Translations under genes and position numbers: made by a program | Shown: piece by piece, positions 55,450 to 63,653 of the stretch | Layout of the letters: each line of letters opens with the position of its first letter | Numbering within the stretch: the first letter of the stretch is position 1 | DNA from: an uncultured Bacillota bacterium | Lineage (GTDB): Bacteria; Bacillota; Clostridia; Christensenellales; UBA1242 | Length of the DNA: 64,000 nucleotides | Direction of reading: 5' to 3' | Assembly (NCBI GenBank): GCA_949283975.1 | Contig: CASDUK010000001.1 | Span: forward strand, 97,187 to 161,186 | Notes under the pieces: generated by a model | Told to the model about the DNA's origin: nothing | The model's database searches: none | The model's input: only the letters and a program-made list of their open reading frames with translations

Positions 55450-57702
55450 ATGAACTTTTTGGGGGCGGATGTCTTTCAAAGCATCGTTACATTCTTTGAG
55501 GGCGTTAGAGATTCTCTTTCGCTTGAAGGCCTGCTTTTCTTATTTATTGGCCTAGAAATATTTGCAATAATTGCCTTTATTATTGCAACTCACTTTATTT
55601 ATGAGTTAAGGCTTGTTAGGGCAATTGACAGATTAAATGTTTTTCTTTATGATGCTCAATACATAAACGAAAACAATTTAATTGAACTTAATAATTTGAT
55701 GAAAGCTGTTCCAAAAACGCTTAGATATCACTGGCAGGAATACATGTTAAACAGGGATAAAAACCCAAGTTTTTACATGTCTGTTGAAAATTGTATAGAC
55801 AGGCCGCTTAAAACAAGCGCCTTCCAAGCAATTATTAAAATTATTAAAGCTTTTGGGTTTGTTTTTGCTGGGCTTGCGTTTTTATTTACCTGTGGTTATG
55901 CAGCCGGCGTTGGCGAATTTGGGGCAGATTTCTTTATCACCGTTTTTACAATTCCAGTTTTTATTTTAATTATTAATTACTTGTTTGTTATAGCTTTAAA
56001 TATTAGAATGGCGGCAAACACAACAGAGCTTTATCAAACTTTCCACATCTTTAACAGATTTATTGACAAGGCAGTTTCAACAATGCCAGATTATGTTGAC
56101 TTTGAAGTTCTCTTTACAGAAAAAGAAATTAAACGCGGAATTCCTGTTTTGAACGAATACATTGAAAAGAGGCAAATTCAAGAACAAGAAGAACTTAAGC
56201 GCGCAAGAGAGAATGCAATTCAACACGAGCAATATAACTTTAAACCGGCGGGCGAAAAGGGTGAGCTTGTTTTGGAAAGGGCAATGAAGGAGACCGAAAT
56301 TTTCATTGGCATTAGAACAAGGCTTAACACAGAAATTCAACATTTGGAAAGTGAAATTGAAAGTTTAAAGAGAAACTTTGAAAATACAACTAAAGACTAC
56401 CAGAAAAAACTTCAAGCAAGCAAGGAAAACTCCTTAAGGCTTCGTGAGCAACAGGAGGCAACAACTAACAAGCTTGAATACAACTACATTAGAAAACAGC
56501 AATCTGACGAAATTAAAAAGCAAGAGCAAATTGAAAAAGATCAGGAAGATGCACAACTTAGGTTTAACCAGGAAATCAACAATCTTTCCGAGCAAATTGC
56601 TCAGCGCAAACAAGAAATTCAAGAGGCAAAAGTTAACCTTGAAAAAGCAATGCTTGCAGAATACACAACCTTTGCCAACAAGATCTTTAAAGAGGTTAAG
56701 GAAGACGTTAACACAAGAGTTAGGGAGGAGCGCGACGGGTTAATTAAATCTCGTGAGGAGGTTGAGCGCGAACTTGAAGAGGCTGTTAATAGAATTGATA
56801 TTTTAGAGAAACAAAACAAAATTTTGGTTAATAAAACAGACCAAAGAGAGGCATACATTAAAGCCGAAATTGGAAAGGAAAAACAAGAACTTGAAAAGCA
56901 GCTTAAGGAAAAAGAAGCAATTATCATTGAGAGAGACAAACAAATTAGGTTGTTAACAGAGGACTATTCTTTTGACGAAAACAAAAAGCTTGAACCTCTT
57001 AGTCAAACAACAGCCGAAGATGAATTTGGCGGATATTATGACGACCTTGGAAATTACAGAAATAAGGACGGAACATACTATGACAAAGAAGGTAATTTCC
57101 ACGATGAAGCAGGAAATGTTTATGACAAAGAAGGAAATTTAATCACAGCGGCTCAAACAAAAGAAAAACCAAAAGAAGAACCAAAACCAGAAGAAGAATT
57201 TTCTATGTTTGATGCGCCTTCAAACACAGCGGCCAACGAACCAGCAGCCGAAGGCGAGGGAGAAGTTGAAAACGAAGAAGTTGCCGAGTCCAAAGAAGTT
57301 TCCGAACCCTCAGCAGAACCAGAAGTTAAAGAAGAGAAAAAGCGCGGAAGGCCAAGAAAAGAGGTTTCAGAGCCGGTTGAAACAGAGCCAAAGAAACGCG
57401 GAAGGCCAAGAAAAGAGGTTTCAGAGCCAGTTGCAACAGAGCCGAAGAAGCGCGGAAGGCCAAGAAAAGAGGTTTCAGAGCCGGTTGCAACAGAGCCAAA
57501 GAAGCGCGGAAGGCCAAGAAAAGAGGTTTCAGAGCCGGTTGCAACAGAGCCGAAGAAGCGCGGAAGGCCAAGAAAAGTTGATATTGACGAAAATCTAAAG
57601 CAAATTGAGGCAAGGCTTAAGGAGCAGAACGAACTTTTAAAACAGCAACAAAAAGCTTTGGAGGCAACTGTTAAAAACGCAACAAAGCCAACAGAAGAAT
57701 AA
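55450..57702 (+). CDS. membrane-anchored coiled-coil protein with five C-terminal AT-hook repeats
   Basis: 750 aa with SD AAGGAGG. Three predicted TM helices (about aa 25-50, 125-150 and 158-185). About 300 aa of heptad-like E/K/Q-rich sequence. A Y-D-x-x-G-N repeat patch, then 5 x KKRGRPRK(EVSEPVATEP). Confidence 0.7.
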   Translation: MNFLGADVFQSIVTFFEGVRDSLSLEGLLFLFIGLEIFAIIAFIIATHFIYELRLVRAIDRLNVFLYDAQYINENNLIELNNLMKAVPKTLRYHWQEYMLNRDKNPSFYMSVENCIDRPLKTSAFQAIIKIIKAFGFVFAGLAFLFTCGYAAGVGEFGADFFITVFTIPVFILIINYLFVIALNIRMAANTTELYQTFHIFNRFIDKAVSTMPDYVDFEVLFTEKEIKRGIPVLNEYIEKRQIQEQEELKRARENAIQHEQYNFKPAGEKGELVLERAMKETEIFIGIRTRLNTEIQHLESEIESLKRNFENTTKDYQKKLQASKENSLRLREQQEATTNKLEYNYIRKQQSDEIKKQEQIEKDQEDAQLRFNQEINNLSEQIAQRKQEIQEAKVNLEKAMLAEYTTFANKIFKEVKEDVNTRVREERDGLIKSREEVERELEEAVNRIDILEKQNKILVNKTDQREAYIKAEIGKEKQELEKQLKEKEAIIIERDKQIRLLTEDYSFDENKKLEPLSQTTAEDEFGGYYDDLGNYRNKDGTYYDKEGNFHDEAGNVYDKEGNLITAAQTKEKPKEEPKPEEEFSMFDAPSNTAANEPAAEGEGEVENEEVAESKEVSEPSAEPEVKEEKKRGRPRKEVSEPVETEPKKRGRPRKEVSEPVATEPKKRGRPRKEVSEPVATEPKKRGRPRKEVSEPVATEPKKRGRPRKVDIDENLKQIEARLKEQNELLKQQQKALEATVKNATKPTEE
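57337..57576 (+). repeat. 4.4 tandem copies of a 54-bp in-frame repeat encoding the AT-hooks
   Basis: Units start at 57337, 57391, 57445, 57499 and 57553 (partial). Units 3 and 4 differ at one base. Confidence 0.9.
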
Positions 57703-57756
57703 TTAAAAAAGTTCGCCCAAACACGGGCGAATTTTTTTATTATTAATATAAAAATT

Positions 57757-57784
57757 TTGTCATATAATAAATTTGTGGTAAAAT
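57757..57784 (+). promoter_or_regulatory. sigma-A-type promoter abutting the lipoprotein gene start
   Basis: TTGTCA (57757-57762), 16-nt spacer, TGg-TAAAAT (57776-57784). ATG 57793 is 8 nt after the -10. Confidence 0.45.
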
Positions 57785-57792
57785 CATCTAAG

Positions 57793-58674
57793 ATGAAAAA
57801 AGTTTTGTTATGTTTGCTTCTTTGCCTATTTGTTGTTGGTTTTTCTGGTTGCACATCTGCCCAGAATTTAACCTCAATTAACACTGCTTTTTCCTCAATT
57901 TATTTTGCAATCGATTGTTCACAGAGCGGGCTTGAGGAAATGAACCAAGAACAACAAACGGCAGTTAAGAACAAAATTCAAACCCTTGCGGCGACATATA
58001 TTGAAGATGTTAAGTTGAGATATTATTCTGTTTTGGATTCCATGGTTTTGTCTAACAAAATTAGTTCAAGCGAAAGAGTTCTTTTAAAAAATCATTTAAC
58101 GCCATATGTTGCGTGGAACGAAAACTCATATATAATTGAGTTTAGATTTTACACAACGCTTGCTTCAAGAATTTTTATAACAAGTTGTCAATATTCCGGG
58201 GCAATTAACAAAGAACACGCCTTTTCAACAACCACAACGGAAAAGTTTAGCCAAATTTTTTCAAAAACTCAAAGCGGGTTGATTTCGTCAACGCTTGAAA
58301 ATTACTTTGAAACAGGAATTGAAGAAACTCTTTCCAAGTTTGGGCAAGAGACCGCTGAAAGTTTTAAAGGGGCAAGCTATTACTATTTCTTTGCAACACA
58401 AAACCCGCGTCTCCACGCAGTTGGCCAAGACGAAGAAGTTGAACTTAGCGGCGGAAAAATTTTTTGCTTTTACGCTTCTGAAAGCGGAGAGGAATTGACA
58501 TTTGAGTTCTATGTTGTTCAAGCAAACCAATTTGCCTACTATCTCCTTGCCCTTGCAATTGTCTTTCTTTTTGTTGCGGTTTATCTTGTTGTTATATATT
58601 TTAAAAAGCCAAAGAAAACCGCTTTAAATGGTGAGCAACAGAGCAATGAAATAAAAATTGAAATTGAAGAATAA
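57793..58674 (+). CDS. lipoprotein with an additional C-terminal TM anchor, unknown function
   Basis: I prefer ATG 57793 (MKKVLLCLLLCLFVVGFSGC, lipobox). C-terminal helix YYLLALAIVFLFVAVYLVVIYF followed by KKPKK. Confidence 0.6.
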   Translation: MKKVLLCLLLCLFVVGFSGCTSAQNLTSINTAFSSIYFAIDCSQSGLEEMNQEQQTAVKNKIQTLAATYIEDVKLRYYSVLDSMVLSNKISSSERVLLKNHLTPYVAWNENSYIIEFRFYTTLASRIFITSCQYSGAINKEHAFSTTTTEKFSQIFSKTQSGLISSTLENYFETGIEETLSKFGQETAESFKGASYYYFFATQNPRLHAVGQDEEVELSGGKIFCFYASESGEELTFEFYVVQANQFAYYLLALAIVFLFVAVYLVVIYFKKPKKTALNGEQQSNEIKIEIEE

Positions 58675-58683
58675 GTAAACGAT

Positions 58684-58711
58684 TTGACTTTCGCTTTTTT
58701 TATGTTATAAT
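58684..58711 (+). promoter_or_regulatory. sigma-A-type promoter abutting the small membrane-protein gene
   Basis: TTGACT (58684-58689), 16-nt spacer, TGt-TATAAT (58703-58711). ATG 58721 is 9 nt after the -10. Confidence 0.5.
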
Positions 58712-58720
58712 TTTTTTCTG

Positions 58721-58981
58721 ATGGATAGCACCCAGAAAAGATATTTTAAAAAAAGCATGAAAAGAAGAATGATTGAGCTTTTGGCCTCAATTCCTTTTGG
58801 CGTTGCGTTTGCATACTTGTTTTTTTTGTTAAATTTAAGCGTTGGGCTTCAGCTTTTTTTAACGATAGTTTGCTGGGGCGCTGTTATTTTGATTATTGAA
58901 CTAATTGTTTTTGTTGTTGGAAAGTTAATTGAAAAAAGAAAAAAGGACAAGCCAAAGAGGCGCGACCCTTTTGCGGATTAG
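58721..58981 (+). CDS. small two-TM membrane protein, unknown function
   Basis: 86 aa with a basic N-terminus, two hydrophobic helices (the second contains a Glu: ILIIELIVFVVG), and a basic tail. Confidence 0.5.
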   Translation: MDSTQKRYFKKSMKRRMIELLASIPFGVAFAYLFFLLNLSVGLQLFLTIVCWGAVILIIELIVFVVGKLIEKRKKDKPKRRDPFAD

Positions 58982-58999
58982 TGTTACAGGAGAAAACAG

Positions 59000-60427
59000 A
59001 TGGAGAAATATAAAACCATGCCACACAGCATTGAAGCAGAACAGTCTGTTCTTGGTTCAATGATGATAGACAATGAAGCACCGCTTGTAATTTTAAGCGC
59101 GCTTAATTCTGACGATTTTTATTCAGTTGCCAACAGAGAAATTTTTGAAAACATGTTGGAGTTAAATCGCCAAAACAGGCCAATTGACTTTGTTACGCTA
59201 ACAGACCTTTTGGAAAAGGTTGGAAAACTTGAAGCAGTTGGCGGAATTGATTATTTAACAAGTTTGACAAACAGCGTTCCATCTGCGGCAAATTATAAAT
59301 ATTACATGGACATTGTAAAGCGCGATTCACTTTTTAGGAAACTTATCATGGCTGGGCAGAAAATTATTGAAAATGCCTATCAAGCGGGGGACGACAAAGC
59401 TGCCCTTAGTTTTGCAGAGAAAGAGATTTTTGACATCGCAGAAAGGCAAGATTTTTCATCTTTGGAACACATTGAAGGCGCTTTAAAGGAAGTTATTGAC
59501 AAATTAAATAAAATTGCAAAAGACCCTTCTTCGCTTCGCGGGCTTTCAACAGGGTTTTCTGATTTAGATTCAATTACAAATGGGCTTCAAAATTCCGATT
59601 TAATTCTTCTTGCAGCAAGGCCGGGCGTTGGAAAAACTTCGCTTGCCATGAACATTGTTAACAACGCGGCAACGCTTGGAAAGAAAAGTTGTGCAATTTT
59701 CTCCTTGGAAATGCCAAGGACACAAATTGCCCAAAGGTCCATGTGTTCAATTGGAAATGTTTCAATGGAAAAAGCGCTAAAAGGAAAGCTTTCGGTTGAC
59801 GAATGGACGGCCTTGGTTAAGGCAAGCAGAAAACTTTCGGAGGCTTCAATTTATATTGACGACTCTTCAATAAACGACCCAAATGACATTCTTTCAAAAT
59901 GCAGAAGAATTAAAAGAGAACATGGTTTAGATCTTGTTATGATTGACTATCTTCAGCTTATGAGGGCGGACAAAAATTCAACTTTCGACAACAAAGTTTT
60001 GGAAGTTGGAGAAATTACAAGATCTTTAAAAATTGCCGCAAGAGAGCTTGATGTTCCAATAATTTTGCTTTCTCAGCTTTCAAGGGCGGTTGAGCAGAGA
60101 AAGGGCGACCACAGGCCTGTTCTTTCAGACCTTAGAGACAGCGGCTCAATTGAGCAGGACGCAGATATTGTTATGTTCATCTATAAGGCAGACATGTATA
60201 ACGATGTTATAACGGAAGAGAGTGATGTTGCAGAACTTATAATTGCGAAACACAGGAACGGCCCGCTTGGAACGGTTAAACTTAGATGGAACGGCGAAAC
60301 AACAAGTTTTTTGGACTACAATAAAAATTTTGTAAAGAAAAAAGCTTTGGCTCAAACAGATGAGGAACTTGTTGCAAAAGAGGTTGACGAAGCAGAATTT
60401 AACGAAATTAAAGAACTTTTTGAATAG
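59000..60427 (+). CDS. dnaB: replicative DNA helicase (DnaB family)
   Basis: 475 aa, N-terminal PHSIEAEQSVLGSMM, Walker A ARPGVGKTSLAMN, Walker B LVMIDYLQLM, SQLSRAVEQR, arginine finger region. Confidence 0.95.
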   Translation: MEKYKTMPHSIEAEQSVLGSMMIDNEAPLVILSALNSDDFYSVANREIFENMLELNRQNRPIDFVTLTDLLEKVGKLEAVGGIDYLTSLTNSVPSAANYKYYMDIVKRDSLFRKLIMAGQKIIENAYQAGDDKAALSFAEKEIFDIAERQDFSSLEHIEGALKEVIDKLNKIAKDPSSLRGLSTGFSDLDSITNGLQNSDLILLAARPGVGKTSLAMNIVNNAATLGKKSCAIFSLEMPRTQIAQRSMCSIGNVSMEKALKGKLSVDEWTALVKASRKLSEASIYIDDSSINDPNDILSKCRRIKREHGLDLVMIDYLQLMRADKNSTFDNKVLEVGEITRSLKIAARELDVPIILLSQLSRAVEQRKGDHRPVLSDLRDSGSIEQDADIVMFIYKADMYNDVITEESDVAELIIAKHRNGPLGTVKLRWNGETTSFLDYNKNFVKKKALAQTDEELVAKEVDEAEFNEIKELFE

Positions 60428-60444
60428 AAAGTTGTTAAAACGTA

Positions 60445-60470
60445 GGAAGGCCAAATGGCCTTCTTTTATT
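60445..60470 (+). terminator. rho-independent terminator of dnaB
   Basis: GAAGGCC-aaat-GGCCTTC followed by TTTTATTT. Confidence 0.7.
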
Positions 60471-60522
60471 TATTAATAAAGAGATTTAATAGTTTTTTTA
60501 AACGAGAATTTTTATACAAAAA

Positions 60523-60539
60523 TGACGAAGATTGTCGAT
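60523..60539 (+). promoter_or_regulatory. two phased Spo0A-box-like motifs upstream of the sigma-like gene promoter
   Basis: TGACGAA (60523-60529) and TGTCGAT (60533-60539), 10-bp spacing, about 70-85 bp upstream of the -35 at 60608. Confidence 0.3.
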
Positions 60540-60607
60540 TATTGTAAAAATGTATAAATTTGTTTTGAATTTTTTACAAAAATAAGTAAAATTTATGTCA
60601 GTTGTTG

Positions 60608-60637
60608 TTGACTTTGAAATTTTTGCAACTTTATAAT
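60608..60637 (+). promoter_or_regulatory. sigma-A-type promoter of the sigma-region-4-like gene
   Basis: TTGACT (60608-60613), 18-nt spacer, TATAAT (60632-60637). Confidence 0.5.
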
Positions 60638-60688
60638 TTTTTTGTTTATTAAATTTTAATAGGCAGAATTTATTGGCAAGGGGAAGAT

Positions 60689-61261
60689 ATGGAACTTAAA
60701 ATTTGGGCAAGAACTATTTTAACGGTTCAAAGGCATATTGCAAAGGTTGTTAGGGCACTTGATGAAATAATTTACAAGCGCGCGCTTTCGTCAATCTTTG
60801 TTACAACTAAAAATCTAACTGAACAAAGCAGCGAGGCTGTTAGCAATTTTATTATTAACGTATCCGAAACAAAGGTTAATTTGATTAACCTAAACACTAT
60901 TTGCATTGACGGATTAAAGGCAATTGACAAACTTTGCTCCAAAATACTAATTTTGAAACACATAGACGGAAGAACAAGCTTGGAAATTGCAAATTTGCTT
61001 GATATAAGCGAAAGAACGTATTATAGAAGGCTAAATAAAGCCTATGAATTATTTGCCGATTATTTGCAAGAAAATGGCTTTTGTGAGCAATATTTTATGG
61101 ATAAATTTGCAAACGAAGGTTGGATTATGGAAGTTTATTATTCTTGCAAAAACTTTTTTAGCGGAAAGGAAAACGGCGAAATTTTTAATGAAATAAACTT
61201 TAATTTTTTAAAGAGCGTTATAAAAACAATATCCAAAACCGCTCATTCGTCATATTCATAA
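60689..61261 (+). CDS. sigma-70 region-4-like HTH protein (phage late-gene-activator-like)
   Basis: 190 aa. LILKHIDGRTSLEIANLLDISERTYYRRLNKAYELF is a region-4-type HTH. There is no region 2. Located one gene before a terminase gene. Confidence 0.4.
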   Translation: MELKIWARTILTVQRHIAKVVRALDEIIYKRALSSIFVTTKNLTEQSSEAVSNFIINVSETKVNLINLNTICIDGLKAIDKLCSKILILKHIDGRTSLEIANLLDISERTYYRRLNKAYELFADYLQENGFCEQYFMDKFANEGWIMEVYYSCKNFFSGKENGEIFNEINFNFLKSVIKTISKTAHSSYS

Positions 61262-62103
61262 TAGTCTTGATGGCGCGAACGCTTTCGCTTTTCGCGCTTA
61301 GTTGGTTTAAGTTCGGCGTCTTGAAGAGCTTTTGCGCTAATTTTTGTTGGCCGAAAAAGGAGATAGATTATTGCAATGCAGGGCAAACAAACGGCAACAA
61401 TTATTATAATTTGAGTTGTTGTTGGAAGGGCGCTCATTGCGTCTTGGCCAGAAGGGGGTGTTGTTGTTTCAACAACAAAATCTGGCTGCTCAATATATTC
61501 AACGGCTTCTGTGTTTGTTGGAATTTCGGTAAGCAAGTCGCAAAAATAGGCATATAGATAGCCAAAAACCTCTTGGCTGCCCTTTGTATATTTGCAATAA
61601 TACCATGTTGTTCCGCTGTAAGTAACTGCCTCCTCGCCGTCAATTGTTCCATAATATATTAGGTTTGTTTCCATAAAATTAATTGTTTCAAGCGTGTTTA
61701 GCCCATCTGTGTAAACGGGCGTTGAGCGAAGGTCAACTCCGCCCGGAATAAACATTCTAAAGCTTGCAATTGCAAATGGGGTTTGAGGGACGCCGCTAAT
61801 TGCCTTAACCTCACTTTTTTTTACATAGCCATAGACATCTTGATATCTTGCGGTGTAATAATTTTCATTTTCACAATAGGAAATTTCAACAAAATAACTT
61901 TGGGGAATTACAAAATATACATTAGAAAAGTCTTCGCTTCCCGTTGTTGAGCGATAGAGCTTTACGCTTGAAGATTGAACTTTTGCATAGCAAGAATCTT
62001 GAGTTTGCGCGCTAACGCTTTTAATTTGAAATGGGAAAAAGCCCAGGCAAAATATGGCAGCGAAAACAATTAGAATTGATTTTTTTGCAAGATTTTTTAG
62101 CAT
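61243..62103 (-). CDS. secreted/membrane-anchored protein with two SH3b-like domains
   Basis: I prefer ATG 62103 (MLKNLAKKSILIVFAAIFCLGFF...SVSAQ signal). Two Y/G-rich beta domains (YYTARYQDVYGYVKKSEV; WYYCKYTKGSQEVFGYLYAYF). C-terminal TM plus basic tail. A TATAAT (62115-62110) lies 6 nt before the ATG. Confidence 0.55.
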   Translation of the reverse strand: MLKNLAKKSILIVFAAIFCLGFFPFQIKSVSAQTQDSCYAKVQSSSVKLYRSTTGSEDFSNVYFVIPQSYFVEISYCENENYYTARYQDVYGYVKKSEVKAISGVPQTPFAIASFRMFIPGGVDLRSTPVYTDGLNTLETINFMETNLIYYGTIDGEEAVTYSGTTWYYCKYTKGSQEVFGYLYAYFCDLLTEIPTNTEAVEYIEQPDFVVETTTPPSGQDAMSALPTTTQIIIIVAVCLPCIAIIYLLFRPTKISAKALQDAELKPTKREKRKRSRHQDYYEYDE

Positions 62104-62179
62104 GAATTCATTATAACCATTTTTAAATAACACTTGCTATGAGAAAAATGTCTAAATTAGAGAGATTACAGGAGAAAAT

Positions 62180-63625
62180 ATGAACAAAAAACAAATTCTT
62201 TCAAAACTTGGCGAAATTGACGACGAAATTTTGTTTAGAAATAAATATTCTAAATTAGAAAGATATAACAAAGGGAAAAAAGTTCACAAAAAACAAATGG
62301 AATTTCACAAATGTTTAAAGCGCAACCGCTGGGTTTTTGGCGGAAACAGAAGCGGAAAAACGGAGTGTGGCGCAGTTGAAACAGTTTGGCTTGCAAGAGG
62401 AATTCACCCTTTTAGAGTTAACCGCGAGGAGGTTGTTATTTGGGTTGTTTCTCTTTCTAAACAAGTTCAAAGAGATGTTGCGCAAGGAAAAGTTTTTAGT
62501 TATTTGAAGCCAGGGTGGATTGAGGACATTGTTATGGAAAGTGGCTCAAAAGATTTTCCAAGCGGGGGAGTTGTTGACTATGTTTTAGTTAAAAATGTTT
62601 TTGGCAAAATTAGCAAAATTGGCTTTAAAAGTTGCGATCAAGGAAGAGAAAAGTTTCAAGGGGCGTCCATTGATTATATTTGGTTTGACGAAGAGCCGCC
62701 ATATGACATCTATCGCGAATGTAGAATGAGAATTCTAGACAGAAAGGGCGAAATTTATGGAACAATGACGCCGCTTAAAGGGCTTAGCTGGGTTTACAAC
62801 GAAATTTACTTAAACGAAAAAGAAGACCAAGAGGTTTGGAACATTACAATGAATTGGGACGACAACCCATATTTGGATAGAGACGAAATTAAAAGTTTAA
62901 AATCCTCAATGAGCGAGGAGGAGCTTGAGGCGCGCTGCTATGGAAAGTTTTCATCTTCAATGGGGCTTGTTTATCCAGAATTCGACCCGCAAGTTCATGT
63001 TGTTGAACCCTTTGATGTTCCGCGAGAGTGGTTTGACACAATTTCAATTGACCCCGGGCTTAATAACCCGCTTTCTGCCCATTTTTATGCCGTTGATTAT
63101 GACGGAAACGTTTATGTTATTGCAGAACACTTTGAGGCGGGAAAAGATGTTCAATATCATGCAGATGCAATTAAAAAAATTTGTGAGCGGCTTGGCTGGG
63201 AAAAGGGGTTTGGCGGAAGATATGATGCCTTAATTGACAGCGCCGCAACCCAAAAAACGCTTGCTTCTTCTAAAAGTGTTTGCGAACTTTTTTATGACTT
63301 TGGAATAAACGCAAACCCTAAGGTTAACAAGGATTTGTTTAGCGGAATTAACCGAGTTAAAAGTTATTTGAAAGATGCCCAGGGAAGAGTTAAGCTTTTT
63401 ATTTTTAAAAGTTGCACTAATTTAATTAGAGAACTTAAAAGCTATTTTTGGGGGGACAACGACAAGCCGATTAAAGCAGACGACCATGCGCTTGACGAGC
63501 TTAGATATTACATAATGTCGCGCCCAGAAGCGCCAAAAGTTCAAAAAGTTAAAACAGAAATTGAAAAGGACAAGGAAAAGTTAATTAGAAAACTTGAATT
63601 AAAGCGCCGGCAACCATGGAATTAA
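62180..63625 (+). CDS. phage terminase large subunit (TerL)
   Basis: 481 aa with SD AGGAG. Walker A GGNRSGKT, Walker B IDYIWFDEEP. C-terminal RNase-H-like nuclease with SIDPG and DDHALDELRYY. Confidence 0.8.
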   Translation: MNKKQILSKLGEIDDEILFRNKYSKLERYNKGKKVHKKQMEFHKCLKRNRWVFGGNRSGKTECGAVETVWLARGIHPFRVNREEVVIWVVSLSKQVQRDVAQGKVFSYLKPGWIEDIVMESGSKDFPSGGVVDYVLVKNVFGKISKIGFKSCDQGREKFQGASIDYIWFDEEPPYDIYRECRMRILDRKGEIYGTMTPLKGLSWVYNEIYLNEKEDQEVWNITMNWDDNPYLDRDEIKSLKSSMSEEELEARCYGKFSSSMGLVYPEFDPQVHVVEPFDVPREWFDTISIDPGLNNPLSAHFYAVDYDGNVYVIAEHFEAGKDVQYHADAIKKICERLGWEKGFGGRYDALIDSAATQKTLASSKSVCELFYDFGINANPKVNKDLFSGINRVKSYLKDAQGRVKLFIFKSCTNLIRELKSYFWGDNDKPIKADDHALDELRYYIMSRPEAPKVQKVKTEIEKDKEKLIRKLELKRRQPWN

Positions 63626-63653
63626 ACATTTAATTTTTGAGATAATAAAATTG

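Noticed and set aside
55450-56050. ZorA/MotA/ExbB-like stator protein (Zorya-type defence). The idea came from the TM1-loop-TM2-TM3 topology followed by a very long coiled-coil tail.
   Set aside because: This is a topological resemblance only. I cannot see the conserved MotA/ExbB TM2-TM3 motifs. The downstream genes are not MotB/ZorB-like (no N-terminal TM Asp and no peptidoglycan-binding domain), and there are no ZorC/D-like genes. It is kept only as a hypothesis to test by profile search.
57153-57884. 243-aa minus-strand ORF, plus the 129-aa and 95-aa ORFs across 57.2-57.6 kb.
   Set aside because: These are alternative-frame or antisense readings of the 54-bp AT-hook repeats inside a strongly supported 750-aa CDS. 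Their periodic sequence is a by-product of the repeat.
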